Assembly: GCA_020429915.1 (NCBI GenBank)
Contig: JAGQKV010000002.1
Coordinates: forward strand, 329,552 to 393,551
Direction of reading: 5' to 3'
DNA: 64,000 nt
Source: Candidatus Omnitrophota bacterium
Lineage (GTDB): Bacteria; Omnitrophota; Gorgyraeia; Zapsychrales; Zapsychraceae
Position 1 is the stretch's first letter. Each line of letters starts with the position of its first letter. The position numbers and the translations under genes were made by a program. A model generated the notes under the pieces. That model had not been told where the DNA came from and did no database searches. It was given only the letters and a program-made list of their open reading frames with translations. Shown one piece after another: positions 44,570-54,048 of this stretch.

Positions 44570-45370
44570 CTAGACCTGCTCAGGAAGCGCCGGCGTCCGT
44601 GGCCCCGGACATAACATCCACCCCCCGATCAGCATCCCGATCATGCATCCCAGCACCGAGAAAATCAATATTGTATTGGTGACCGGCATCATAAAAACCA
44701 TAAGTGTGATTGCGATGCCGGCTCCCCAACGGTAGGGTAACAACGGGATGGCGGCCATCGTCCATTCCGCGCCGATCATAAGCCGCGACATAATCACGCT
44801 GATTTCTCCCAGACGGGAATCGCCGAAAACGCGATGGATCCAGCCGGACAACCAAAACCGTTCATGTGATAGGAACATCTGCCGCCACGCTTCGCCGTCC
44901 GTATAGGCCGCAGTCATCTTACCGGCGGCGCCTCCCAGGAAAACCATCGCCACAATCAACTGGGCCAGGAAACAGGCCTGCCACTGAAAGGTTTCATCTT
45001 CCCTGTTTATGTTGACAGAGGCCCACAGCAACCACCCCCCAACCCAAAAACAGGTCACGTTCGTGGCATCGTTATAGGTATCTATGTGCCAGGCCGACAG
45101 AGCGGACGTCACCGTGACCAGCGCGCTAGCCACTATGTAGCTTGTACGAGACGGGCGGATTAAAGCGGGAACGGCAAGCAGCGGCAAGAAGTACAACAAG
45201 ACCGAGAGTTCGCCGCTTAAAAACAAATCCGGGAAAAAATCAAAACGAACCGGATAACGCAGAATATGGCCGAACAGGTACGTTAAGAAATACTTGGTTC
45301 GAACGAACCAGCCCACCAGCCAGAATAACAGCACGATGCCGACGACTCTTTGATTGCGCTCAACGCTCAT
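44570..45370 (-). CDS. Hypothetical polytopic membrane protein
   Basis: ~266 aa from MSVERNQRVVGIVLLFWLVGWFV; at least 6 predicted TM helices; 4-nt overlap with the upstream gene. Confidence 0.45.
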   Translation of the reverse strand: MSVERNQRVVGIVLLFWLVGWFVRTKYFLTYLFGHILRYPVRFDFFPDLFLSGELSVLLYFLPLLAVPALIRPSRTSYIVASALVTVTSALSAWHIDTYNDATNVTCFWVGGWLLWASVNINREDETFQWQACFLAQLIVAMVFLGGAAGKMTAAYTDGEAWRQMFLSHERFWLSGWIHRVFGDSRLGEISVIMSRLMIGAEWTMAAIPLLPYRWGAGIAITLMVFMMPVTNTILIFSVLGCMIGMLIGGWMLCPGPRTPALPEQV

Positions 45371-45899
45371 CGCACAGATCCCCTTCTTCATACCGGCTGA
45401 GCAACAGTTCGCCGCGCACATTCTTCATCCGGTAGCACGAGATCATTTCCATCTCCCGGAATCGCGAACGCATCACGATATAGTGCGCATCCGGGCCGAC
45501 AAAAAAGAGATCGCGGTAATGATTGTAAGTGGCGAAATGCAACGGGAAGTGATTCAACCACAAATAGTAGCGCCGAGTAATGTCCGCATTCTCATAGAAC
45601 AGACTCGTCTGCGTCAGCGGATGCCGATCCCACCACAGTTCATTGCCGAAGCTGTACATGGTCGGGACCATTTGTTGCACGGCCCAGCGCACAAAGCTGC
45701 GGTCCTTGAAGTGAAATTGACGCAGGAACATCAATTGAACGGACGGAACGGCTATTTTGGCCAATTGCAAAAAACACAGGGCGATAACAGCCGTTACGAG
45801 CAGATAAAAGCGCCAAAAGCGCGGGTGAACACTGCGAACAACGTGGTACGCAGGATACCTGTGCAGAATTCGATTTACGAAACTGTTGCCTGACGCCAT
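45360..45899 (-). CDS. Hypothetical protein with one predicted TM helix
   Basis: 179 aa; no recognised domain; tight spacing within the same-strand gene string. Confidence 0.35.
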   Translation of the reverse strand: MASGNSFVNRILHRYPAYHVVRSVHPRFWRFYLLVTAVIALCFLQLAKIAVPSVQLMFLRQFHFKDRSFVRWAVQQMVPTMYSFGNELWWDRHPLTQTSLFYENADITRRYYLWLNHFPLHFATYNHYRDLFFVGPDAHYIVMRSRFREMEMISCYRMKNVRGELLLSRYEEGDLCDER

Positions 45900-45927
45900 A
45901 TCCGGTGCCCCACTACACCATCACGCG

Positions 45928-46992
45928 CTATGGCGTGAAATCAGTCTGCGGGCTGAGTCGCATAATCGTATCCGCAATCAATTTGGCCGCATTCTCGCAA
46001 TCGTTATAGGAGCAAGTCTCGACCATTGTATGCATGTACCGTGTGGGAATGGCCACCAGGGCGGTCGCCACACCGCTGCGGCTGACCTGTATCGCGGCCG
46101 TGTCCGTGCCGCCGGGACGCCCCAGTGAGGTGAACTGGTAAGGTATTTTCTTGGCCTTGGCCGTCTCGATTAACATCCGTCCAAGGACCCGGTTAATGAC
46201 CGGTCCGGCGTGCAGCAACGGCCCTTTCCCCAGGGATACGTCACCGACCAGACGCTTGTCGATATCGGGCATATCGGAAGCATGCCCGACATCAACGGCA
46301 AAGGCGGCTTTGGGTTCAATGCCGAAGGAACTGGTCACCGCACCGCGCAACCCCACTTCTTCCTGGACCGTCGACACGGCGTAGACACCGACATCACTGC
46401 CCAACTCACGTTCACTTAAAATCTTGATCACTTCGTTAACCACAAACGCACCGGTGCGATTGTCGGCGGACTTGGAACTGAAACGGTTATTGGCCAACTC
46501 AATAAAATTCGGCGCGAAGGTAACCGGATGACCAGGCTGGACGGTTTTCAGGGCATCCTGCTTGTCCTTGGCTCCGATATCCACCCACATCTCTTTGATG
46601 GGCAGGACATTCTTCCGCTCCTCCGGCTCAGTCAAATGGATCGCCTTCTTGCCGATCACACCGTCAATATGGCCGGCTTCCGTCAGGACTTTAACTTGCG
46701 TTCCCGGCAGGGTGCCCGGGTCGATGCCTCCGATCGGAATCACATGCAAAAAACCCTCATCGTTGATATGCGAGACGATAAAACCGATCTCATCGCAATG
46801 CCCCGACAGCATGACTTTAAAAGAGGCCTTCGGGTTCAATACGGCAAAGGCGTTGCCGTGAATGTCTTTGTACGTTTTATGAGCAAACTTCTCCGCACGC
46901 TTGATCCACACATTTTGCGGCGCCTCCTCAAAACCGGACGGGCCGCACTGCGAGAGAAGTTCGATAAGAAATTTCTTGGATTCTGCGTTCAT
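45928..46992 (-). CDS. M42-family metallo-aminopeptidase (glutamyl aminopeptidase / FrvX-like)
   Basis: 354 aa; typical M42 N-terminus (FLIELLSQCGPSGFE, HGNAFAVLNP, MLSGHCDEIGFIV) and metal-binding D/E/H pattern. Confidence 0.88.
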   Translation of the reverse strand: MNAESKKFLIELLSQCGPSGFEEAPQNVWIKRAEKFAHKTYKDIHGNAFAVLNPKASFKVMLSGHCDEIGFIVSHINDEGFLHVIPIGGIDPGTLPGTQVKVLTEAGHIDGVIGKKAIHLTEPEERKNVLPIKEMWVDIGAKDKQDALKTVQPGHPVTFAPNFIELANNRFSSKSADNRTGAFVVNEVIKILSERELGSDVGVYAVSTVQEEVGLRGAVTSSFGIEPKAAFAVDVGHASDMPDIDKRLVGDVSLGKGPLLHAGPVINRVLGRMLIETAKAKKIPYQFTSLGRPGGTDTAAIQVSRSGVATALVAIPTRYMHTMVETCSYNDCENAAKLIADTIMRLSPQTDFTP

Positions 46993-47025
46993 GTTTTCTC
47001 CTGGCTGTTAGTCTAAGTTTGATCG

Positions 47026-48753
47026 TCAGCGGATGCTGAAGGTCGCCGTCGGCTTGGCGTTGACTTCCGCGACAAATGAGGCGGTGGTGGTGCTGCAATG
47101 AGTTTGAGAATTATCGTCGACTGTCAAAACGACCTTGTAAGAGCCGCTCTTTTCGTAGCGATGCTGGACGAGCGCGCCCTCCTGGACGGTTCCGTCACCG
47201 AAAGTCCAGGTATACAATAACGGATCGTCATCGGCGTCGCTGGACGCAGTGGCATTGAATTCAGCGCTCTGTCCCACACAACATGTCAAATTCGGACCGG
47301 CGTCGGCAACGGGAGGTGTGTTTATCCGGACTCGCGCCTCGGCACTTGCCGTCGAGCAGGCCGTCCCCTGTCCGTCGTCCACGATAACAGTCACCCGATA
47401 TTCTCCTCCCTGAGTGTAGGTGTGGCTGACAATCGACGGCCCCTGGCTGACCGTACCGTCGCCGAAGGTCCAATAATATTCCAGTGAATCACCGTCCGGA
47501 TCGAGCGCGGACGTCGCGCGAAACTCGATTTGATCGCCCACACACGCCAACTTTTCGGCGGTGATGGACACCTGAGGAGCCGCGTTGATGACCACCTTCC
47601 GCGTATCCATTGACGGAGGGCACATTTGATTCATTTTATCTTCCACGGTTAACACGGCCTGGTAAGTCCCGGATTTGGAATACGCATAGCTTGTTCGAAT
47701 CCCCTCCGCAGACTGTCCGTTGCCGAAGTCCCAGCGGCCGTGCAGCGTGCCTTTGAGTTCCGCCGCGGACTGGCGGCCGTCGAAGTCGATTTTCTCTCCG
47801 GTGCAGCCCACGACATCAGGCCCGGCCACCGCCTCCGGCGCTTTGCTCAGGCGTACCTGAAAAAAAGCGACATCCGAGGCGCACTCCAATCCGGAATTGT
47901 CGTTAACCAGCAATTTCACGTCATATGTTCCGTGCCCGGGATAGGTATGCGAGATTTTGGCTCCGGTCTGCGTCCGACCGTCACCGAGGTCCCAGGTAAA
48001 TGTCAAATTGTCCGCGTTCGTATCATAGGTGTTGGAAGCATCCAGCTGGACGGTTAAGTCGGCTTCGCGCTGCACGCATTGAAACTTGTTCCGCGGGCCG
48101 GCATCGATCCGCGGGGCTTCATTGACGTAGATCATCCGCGTGGCGGTGGCGGTATTGCAGACCGAATGCATGTTATCGTCCACAGTCAGAGTCATTTCAT
48201 AAGTCCCGCCGATGTTATAGGTTTTTTCGGCCACCGCCTTCTGGGTCGTCAAATGAGTTCCATCGCCGAAGTTCCACAAATAGGATAACGGTTTGCCGGC
48301 ATCGTCCCGGCTCGGTGAGGCATCCAGTTTTACCGGCATATTGGCGCATACCCGGCTGGGAGACGAGAATTCCACATACGGCGGGATATTAACCTCTACC
48401 TCCTGGGTGACACTGTCCTCCGAACATTCGGAGCCGGAATTGTCGGTGATTTTAAGAAGGACCGGATATTTCCCGGACTTTTCGTAGCGATGGTCCACCA
48501 CCGGCCCCACGGCCGTCCGACCGTCGCCGAAGTCCCAGCTGTAACTGATCTTTTCGTTATTGGGATCAGCAGAGCCGCTGGCATCGAATGTAAACTCGTT
48601 GCAATTAGGCGACATGACCGGTTGCGAAATCTCGGAGAAAGCCTCCGGTGCGATTCCGGCCCAGACACAAAGAAAAACAGCCGCCCCCAATATTGATGGA
48701 AATAAGGCAGGCACCTTCAAAATCCTTAAAGCTCCGTGATAAGCGGAAAACAT
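47026..48753 (-). CDS. PKD-domain repeat protein, secreted or membrane-anchored
   Basis: 575 aa; N-terminal hydrophobic segment; at least six PKD repeats with the W(D/N)FGDG signature (SYSWDFGDGRTAVG, YLWNFGDGTHLT, FTWDLGDGRTQTG, RWDFGNGQSAEG, YYWTFGDGTVSQG, YTWTFGDGTVQEG). Confidence 0.85.
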   Translation of the reverse strand: MFSAYHGALRILKVPALFPSILGAAVFLCVWAGIAPEAFSEISQPVMSPNCNEFTFDASGSADPNNEKISYSWDFGDGRTAVGPVVDHRYEKSGKYPVLLKITDNSGSECSEDSVTQEVEVNIPPYVEFSSPSRVCANMPVKLDASPSRDDAGKPLSYLWNFGDGTHLTTQKAVAEKTYNIGGTYEMTLTVDDNMHSVCNTATATRMIYVNEAPRIDAGPRNKFQCVQREADLTVQLDASNTYDTNADNLTFTWDLGDGRTQTGAKISHTYPGHGTYDVKLLVNDNSGLECASDVAFFQVRLSKAPEAVAGPDVVGCTGEKIDFDGRQSAAELKGTLHGRWDFGNGQSAEGIRTSYAYSKSGTYQAVLTVEDKMNQMCPPSMDTRKVVINAAPQVSITAEKLACVGDQIEFRATSALDPDGDSLEYYWTFGDGTVSQGPSIVSHTYTQGGEYRVTVIVDDGQGTACSTASAEARVRINTPPVADAGPNLTCCVGQSAEFNATASSDADDDPLLYTWTFGDGTVQEGALVQHRYEKSGSYKVVLTVDDNSQTHCSTTTASFVAEVNAKPTATFSIR

Positions 48754-48823
48754 AACCTATAATTCACATCCATTTTATCACACCCAAAGATTTCGACAGG
48801 ATTTAGTTGGGAAATTTTGCGGA

Positions 48824-49213
48824 CTAGTTCTGCATGAGAATGCCCTGCGTCGTCATCGAGAAGCTGGCCGAACCCGTGGAAGTGCTGACCGGAAGGGCGA
48901 CAATGGAATAGGTGTAGGCGGCCAGCGCGGCGCTGAAATTGTATCCCTGATGGGGTGCACTAAAATAGTCCGTATTCAGATATGGGGGCGTATCGCCCAG
49001 CAAGGCGCTGGTCGATGAAGGGTATTGGCTGTTGATGCTGTAATAATTTTCGAGGGCGTTACTGATCGACTTAAGCGTGGCTTTGGCTGCGGATTCATTC
49101 GCGGTAATCCGGGCCTGCAGGAGATTCGGGATCGCCAAGGTCGCCAGCAGGGCCACGATAAAAACGACGATCATGATTTCCACTAGTGTGAATCCAGAGC
49201 GGTTTATTTTCAT
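48824..49213 (-). CDS. Type IV pilin / T2SS pseudopilin-like protein (orphan, outside the gsp cluster)
   Basis: 129 aa; prepilin N-terminus MKINRSGFTLVEIMIVVFIVALLATLAIPNL (G-F-T-L-V-E class III signal). Confidence 0.8.
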   Translation of the reverse strand: MKINRSGFTLVEIMIVVFIVALLATLAIPNLLQARITANESAAKATLKSISNALENYYSINSQYPSSTSALLGDTPPYLNTDYFSAPHQGYNFSAALAAYTYSIVALPVSTSTGSASFSMTTQGILMQN

Positions 49214-49264
49214 AGGCTCAGAATAACATGATTCAAACGGATTGGAAGAAATATTTTATGATTT

Positions 49265-50044
49265 TTAAGGCGTTAATGTTCTCAGATCAAAAACGTTAGC
49301 ACCGAGAACACGCATCGTTCCGCTGTCCTGGATGTAGCCAACGATACTCGCACGGGTCAGGTCGATCTTCCCGGGTATATCAATACTGATCTCGCCGCTT
49401 TCACTCGTCATCCGGACCGAGGCGAAGCGCCGCACGGTATTATCGTGTTGCAAGAGACGCCCCGCGTTCTCCCCGCGCGCCACGTCGACCTTCAAGCCCC
49501 TCTCAACCAAAGCCATATTCAAGACATTGTCGCTGCCGTAGCCGCTGGCTTGATAACCCACCTTCAACTTATCGCGGTCGCGGCGCACGCCGGTCAATAT
49601 CAACGTCGCCGGTGACGGGGTGGCCAGTGCGCGGTCGATCGCTCGTTGCCCCCGGTCGCGGCGGTATCCGCCGAAGGCATCCATGCCGTTAACAATCATT
49701 TGCGGTGTATAGACGGTCTGTTCGCGCAGGGCCTGGGCATAGCGGCGTTGACGATTGCTGAATGCCCGGCTGGCATAGGGATCACGCCAACCCAGATAAT
49801 CCCAGTAATCCACGTGAAAACCCAGGGTGAAAATCCGCAAGTTCTGCTCCCGGGCCAGCGAAGTTATGTCACGTAAAAAGGTATCGGCGGGCGGACAACT
49901 GGAACATCCTTCGGAGGTAAAGAGTTCAACGACGGCAAAGGGCTGATTCCCGTCTTGACGTTCGGCGGCCAACGGCGCTTCGATCCCAGCAAAGAAACTC
50001 CCCAGGATGAGGCTGGCCGCAACGGTTAGGCGAAGCAGACTCAC
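49265..50044 (-). CDS. DUF1223-family secreted protein
   Basis: 259 aa; signal peptide; ELFTSEGCSSCPPAD motif characteristic of DUF1223. Confidence 0.75.
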   Translation of the reverse strand: MSLLRLTVAASLILGSFFAGIEAPLAAERQDGNQPFAVVELFTSEGCSSCPPADTFLRDITSLAREQNLRIFTLGFHVDYWDYLGWRDPYASRAFSNRQRRYAQALREQTVYTPQMIVNGMDAFGGYRRDRGQRAIDRALATPSPATLILTGVRRDRDKLKVGYQASGYGSDNVLNMALVERGLKVDVARGENAGRLLQHDNTVRRFASVRMTSESGEISIDIPGKIDLTRASIVGYIQDSGTMRVLGANVFDLRTLTP

Positions 50045-50760
50045 TCCGTGGGCCCCTTCTCCTGCTGTTCCGCTTCTTCAAGCGGTTTGTATTCCATGCT
50101 GGCTGCGATTTTTTCCTGCCACTCCTTAAATAATTTCTCCGGATGAATGATCAATCGGCTCAGCACTTTCCACGTCCCTTTCAAGAGCCAGACGCAACCG
50201 TTAAATATAAAGGTCAGGACATCGGCGATGACGTCGACCTTCTTTTCCAATTCCTTCAGGTCGGCCGGCGTTTCCGGGATCGTCTCCTTTTCCTTGAGCC
50301 CCGCCCCTTTTTCCTGCAACGCCTCCTCTTTCTCGATTTCCTTGATCTTCCGTGCAATCTCGGCTGCCTCATCCGTGGGGAAGAATTCTTCGTCCGGAAT
50401 TTCCTCCTCTTCTTCCTCCTCAAGTTCTTCCGGCAATTCGTACTCAATCGGTTCTTCGGGCGGCTCGTCCTCCCACAGTTCCAACAGAGTATTACTCAGC
50501 ACGATCAGTTCGTTGAGACCGCCGTACCAGATGGTAATCTCGTTGCGCTTTTTTGTTCGTTCAGCGGTGGAGAAAAAAGAAATGCGCCGCAAAAAGCGGA
50601 TTTGGTGGCAGTTGTCGCCGAAAGACTTCTTCAAAAACGCTTCGTATTTATTGAGGATATATTCCAGTTCTTCCTTGGAAAGATAAGGAACATTCCGGAT
50701 GTCCTCAACAAACGCGCGAACCTGGGCGACGTTTTCCTTCTTGGTTACGGCTTCATCCAT
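50041..50760 (-). CDS. Hypothetical acidic Glu-rich protein
   Basis: 239 aa; poly-E tract (EELEEEEEEEIPDEEFF), one hydrophobic segment (VIADVLTFIFNGCVWLL); overlaps the downstream gene start; no recognised domain. Confidence 0.4.
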   Translation of the reverse strand: MDEAVTKKENVAQVRAFVEDIRNVPYLSKEELEYILNKYEAFLKKSFGDNCHQIRFLRRISFFSTAERTKKRNEITIWYGGLNELIVLSNTLLELWEDEPPEEPIEYELPEELEEEEEEEIPDEEFFPTDEAAEIARKIKEIEKEEALQEKGAGLKEKETIPETPADLKELEKKVDVIADVLTFIFNGCVWLLKGTWKVLSRLIIHPEKLFKEWQEKIAASMEYKPLEEAEQQEKGPTE

Positions 50761-50775
50761 GATGATTGCTGGGAG

Positions 50776-52086
50776 TCAAATTTCTTCAATTATACCATAG
50801 ACCTTTCCTGCGTCTACCCTATCGATCCTAATTTTGCCTATCTGATTGGCAATATTGTGCTTCGTCGCAACATGCACGCGCACATAGTTATCCGTCAGCC
50901 CGCTGAACCAGCCGCCTTTCGTCTGCTCGAACAGGACCCGCTGGAAAGTGCCGATCAGGGACCGATAATACGCCTCACGCTGGCGCTGGCCCATGGACCG
51001 CAGGATCTTGCTGCGTTCACGGATAACTGCATCCGGCACAGGCGCGGCCGCGCGCCGGCTGCGGGCGAGTTGCCGCTGGGAATAGCTGAACACGTGGTAA
51101 TAATGGACCGGCAGGGACAGCAGCGCGTCCCGGGTCGCATGGAACTCGGCTTCGCTCTCCCCGGGGAAACCCACAATTACGTCGGTGCCGATACACACCT
51201 CGTCAACCGTATCTCTCACCATGCCCACAAATTCCGCAAACTCGGCCAGGGTATATTTACGCTGCATGGCCGCCAGCACGGCGTCCGAACCGCTTTGCAA
51301 AGGGATGTGCAGATGCCGGCAAAGTTTGGAGGTCTTGTTCATACGGCTGAAAAGCTCGCGGGGAATGGTGGTCGGTTCGATCGAGGAAATCCTGATCCGC
51401 TCCAATCCGGAGATATCCTCCAACGCATTGATGACATCCATAAATCCGTAAGCGCCGTACCGGTAAGTTCCGACATTGATGCCTGTTACGACCAATTCCC
51501 GGTGCCCGGCTTCAACCAACAACCGCGCTTCGCGCAAGATATCCGGGAAGACTCGGGAGCGGGCGCGGCCGCGGGCGTACGGGATCTCGCAAAAAGAACA
51601 AAAGAAATCGCAACCGTCCTGAATCTTGATATTGGCCCGGGTGCGGTGTTCGCGCAGACCGGCTACCGGCGAAACGAACGGATCACGGGATATGGTCGGG
51701 GTGATCACCTGCGGTTCCGTTTGGGACTCGAATTCAGATACGATGGCCGCCAAATCCATTTTGCGTTGGTTGCCGACGACCCATTGCACATTCGGCAAAG
51801 ACAGCAACTGATCCTTCTGGATCTGCGCCTGACAGCCGATCAGGGCGATACGGACACGCGGATTGATGCGGCAGGCTTTATTTACCAGACGGCGTGCGTC
51901 CGCATCACCGTTCTCCGTGACAGTACACGTATTGATGACAGCGATATCCGCCGGTTCGTCAAAGGATACGACGCGGTATCCGTCGCGGTCGAAGGCGGTC
52001 TCAATGACCGCGGTTTCGCTTTGGTTCAGACGACATCCCAGCGTGTAAAAGGAAACCGTGGTGAGTTTTTTATTTAAGGTGATCAT
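50776..52086 (-). CDS. mtaB: MiaB-like radical-SAM tRNA methylthiotransferase (MtaB-type) with C-terminal TRAM domain
   Basis: 436 aa; N-terminal MTTase domain (TLGCRLNQSE), radical-SAM CDFFCSFC (CxxxCxxC), TRAM-like C-terminus. Confidence 0.88.
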   Translation of the reverse strand: MITLNKKLTTVSFYTLGCRLNQSETAVIETAFDRDGYRVVSFDEPADIAVINTCTVTENGDADARRLVNKACRINPRVRIALIGCQAQIQKDQLLSLPNVQWVVGNQRKMDLAAIVSEFESQTEPQVITPTISRDPFVSPVAGLREHRTRANIKIQDGCDFFCSFCEIPYARGRARSRVFPDILREARLLVEAGHRELVVTGINVGTYRYGAYGFMDVINALEDISGLERIRISSIEPTTIPRELFSRMNKTSKLCRHLHIPLQSGSDAVLAAMQRKYTLAEFAEFVGMVRDTVDEVCIGTDVIVGFPGESEAEFHATRDALLSLPVHYYHVFSYSQRQLARSRRAAAPVPDAVIRERSKILRSMGQRQREAYYRSLIGTFQRVLFEQTKGGWFSGLTDNYVRVHVATKHNIANQIGKIRIDRVDAGKVYGIIEEI

Positions 52087-52438
52087 AGCAACTAAAAAAC
52101 AATAGTCCCCAACCGATCAGGAACGACACGCCCCCCAACGGAGTGATCGGCCCGAACCATTTGATGTGGGTGACGGCCAGACAATACAGGGACCCCGAAA
52201 ACAAAATGATGCCCGCGACCATGAAATATCCGGCCGAGGTCACCTTGGGATCCGAACTGACGGACGTCAGCCAGGCAACGACGAACAGGGCCAGGGCATG
52301 AATAAATTGATAGAGCACGGCGGTCTGATAGACCGACAAATGGTACTCCGAGAGTTTTCCCCTGAGGGCATGCGCACCGAAGGCGCCCAAGGCCACGGCA
52401 AGGAACATAAATAAACTTCCCAGCTTAATCCAAATCAT
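52070..52438 (-). CDS. DUF423 (YgdD-like) small membrane protein
   Basis: Start at internal ATG (MIWIKLGSLFMFLAVALGAFGAHAL...); GAFGAHAL motif and four TM helices typical of DUF423; 17-nt overlap with mtaB. Confidence 0.65.
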   Translation of the reverse strand: MIWIKLGSLFMFLAVALGAFGAHALRGKLSEYHLSVYQTAVLYQFIHALALFVVAWLTSVSSDPKVTSAGYFMVAGIILFSGSLYCLAVTHIKWFGPITPLGGVSFLIGWGLLFFSCYDHLK

Positions 52439-52446
52439 AGCTCCCC

Positions 52447-53700
52447 TCACTTTCCGGCATGACAACTGATCCATTCTACGGCCTCGGCCAACCCGGCACA
52501 AGTAACTTTCACACGATCGTCAAATTGCGGATTGTCGGTGGCTCCGCGCTTACAAAAGGTTTGAATCAGCCGCGTATTGACCGCCAAGTCGGGCTCGGTC
52601 AATATTTCTTCTTTTGCATACGGTCGCGTCAAGGTCTTCGCCGGATCGAAAATAATTTCATGCCGTCGGTACTCGCCTGAACCAAGCCGCACGCTGCACA
52701 GGATCCGGGCCGAACGGATCAGCGGAAAGGCGATCGTCCCCTCCATGCCGTTGCGGACCACAATGCTGGCCGGATATCCGGCCCGTTCACAGATAGTCAG
52801 CATTTTCTCTCCGTAGGGCGGGTGGAATGCCGAGGCGACCATAAGCTCCGCGCGGCACGGATCGACAAAACGCTCCAGGGTGGCCAAAAAAGGACGCTTG
52901 ATGATCTCGCGCCGGATCTCCACCCAGCGATCCAAAGCCGGCGATAAAGCCGCCTGATCGAGAAACCAGCCGTAGGGGTGATCCTCATCGGTTAAGTCCT
53001 GATTCCCGGACAGAAATCGCGCGTCCAGGGCATCGGCCACGGCCTTCAGGTTGTTGCCGAATTTCGGTCCGCCGCTCCGCCCGCACATCCCCACGACGCG
53101 GAAACCCCGATGCTGCAAATCGCGCATCACCAGCGGTGTAATCATATAGGAGCGCCGCACGCCGTCAAACGGTTCGGCCAGATTCATTACCGGTCTTCCA
53201 GGCGGGACCGGGGTTTGAAACGCGGGTTCAAAGGTGTCGCGGATACTGGCGAGCAGGCCTTCGTATTCGTCCGGAGTCTCATACCGCACACGCAGCACGG
53301 ACGCGGCCATGCCGCAAATCGCCTCGGCCGCATCCGGAGCGAACAGATAACGCCCCAGATTCCGGGCCTCATCCACGTTTAATTCTTCACCGGCCAGGAG
53401 CCTGGCGCATATAGCGTGAATCGGCTCCGGAGCGGCTCCGGCCAGGAGATCCGCCAGAGCAGCCGGATCATCCAGCACCGGTTTGCCGAAAAACGCGTTC
53501 AGCCGCCGCTCGTTCGTATCCGGCCCCTTCATGACTAACCCCGCCATAAAGGCCCCGAGGACAGCCCCGGGTACCCGGCCGGCTCGTACTTCGGCGCCGA
53601 TGCGGTCTACCAGGTCCGCAGACAGCAGGCGGCTGCCCTTACGGCCCACTCCGACGTGCTTAATTCCTTCCTGTGTTGCCGATAATTCCATTTTCGTCAT
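52447..53700 (-). CDS. Anthranilate phosphoribosyltransferase-family (TrpD N-terminal-like / TrpD2-like) protein, function uncertain
   Basis: ~418 aa from MTKMELSATQ; segment GAVLGAFMAGLVMKGPDTNERRLNAF matches the TrpD-family helical N-domain pattern; the canonical GTGGDG block was not identified. Confidence 0.4.
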   Translation of the reverse strand: MTKMELSATQEGIKHVGVGRKGSRLLSADLVDRIGAEVRAGRVPGAVLGAFMAGLVMKGPDTNERRLNAFFGKPVLDDPAALADLLAGAAPEPIHAICARLLAGEELNVDEARNLGRYLFAPDAAEAICGMAASVLRVRYETPDEYEGLLASIRDTFEPAFQTPVPPGRPVMNLAEPFDGVRRSYMITPLVMRDLQHRGFRVVGMCGRSGGPKFGNNLKAVADALDARFLSGNQDLTDEDHPYGWFLDQAALSPALDRWVEIRREIIKRPFLATLERFVDPCRAELMVASAFHPPYGEKMLTICERAGYPASIVVRNGMEGTIAFPLIRSARILCSVRLGSGEYRRHEIIFDPAKTLTRPYAKEEILTEPDLAVNTRLIQTFCKRGATDNPQFDDRVKVTCAGLAEAVEWISCHAGK

Positions 53701-53783
53701 ATCCTGTTCTTCTGCCTTTATTTCCGCAGCTATTTTGAGTATACTAGTACTACTTCGCCGGGGAAGCTGACGGAGGCAATGAT

Positions 53784-53812
53784 TTGCTTTCCGTAAAATC
53801 ATAGATTATACT
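53784..53812 (+). promoter_or_regulatory. Candidate sigma70 promoter TTGCTT-N17-TATACT for the plus-strand small ORF-dus unit
   Basis: In the 130-nt divergent intergenic region; about 28 nt upstream of the GGAGG SD. Confidence 0.4.
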
Positions 53813-53840
53813 ACAAATTTCCTAATTTGGGGAGGTGGCC

Positions 53841-54047
53841 ATGCCTAGTATGCCGCCGGGCCTTATCTTGCTGATATGCGGCCTGAGCTTATTTGCCTGG
53901 TTTATGATCGGCGAACGTAAAAACTTCGGTGAAAAGCTCATGTCCATCGTAATCGTTGTCGTCCTTTTTGTTTTGTACCGTTTGTGCAACGGAGACACCC
54001 TGGGTAATATGCTCTCCATCGCACGGGACTGGATTTTTTCGAGATAA
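53841..54047 (+). CDS. Small two-TM membrane protein (68 aa), translationally coupled to dus
   Basis: GGGGAGGTGG SD 5 nt before the ATG; hydrophobic segments LILLICGLSLFAWFMI and SIVIVVVLFVLYRL; its stop TAA sits 1 nt before the dus ATG. Confidence 0.35.
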   Translation: MPSMPPGLILLICGLSLFAWFMIGERKNFGEKLMSIVIVVVLFVLYRLCNGDTLGNMLSIARDWIFSR

Positions 54048-54048
54048 T

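Noticed and set aside
50039-50044. Apparent 2-nt inconsistency between line-label coordinates and ORF-track coordinates at the DUF1223 / acidic-protein junction
   Set aside because: Most likely my own counting error or an irregular line length, not biology. The ORF-track coordinates were kept for gene ends; motif coordinates are flagged as approximate.
50143-52077. 644-aa plus-strand ORF (the longest plus-strand ORF in this region)
   Set aside because: It is antisense to the acidic-protein gene and to mtaB; the minus-strand mtaB has an unambiguous radical-SAM CxxxCxxC motif and MTTase/TRAM architecture. The plus-strand product has no recognisable motifs, so it is a typical high-GC shadow ORF.
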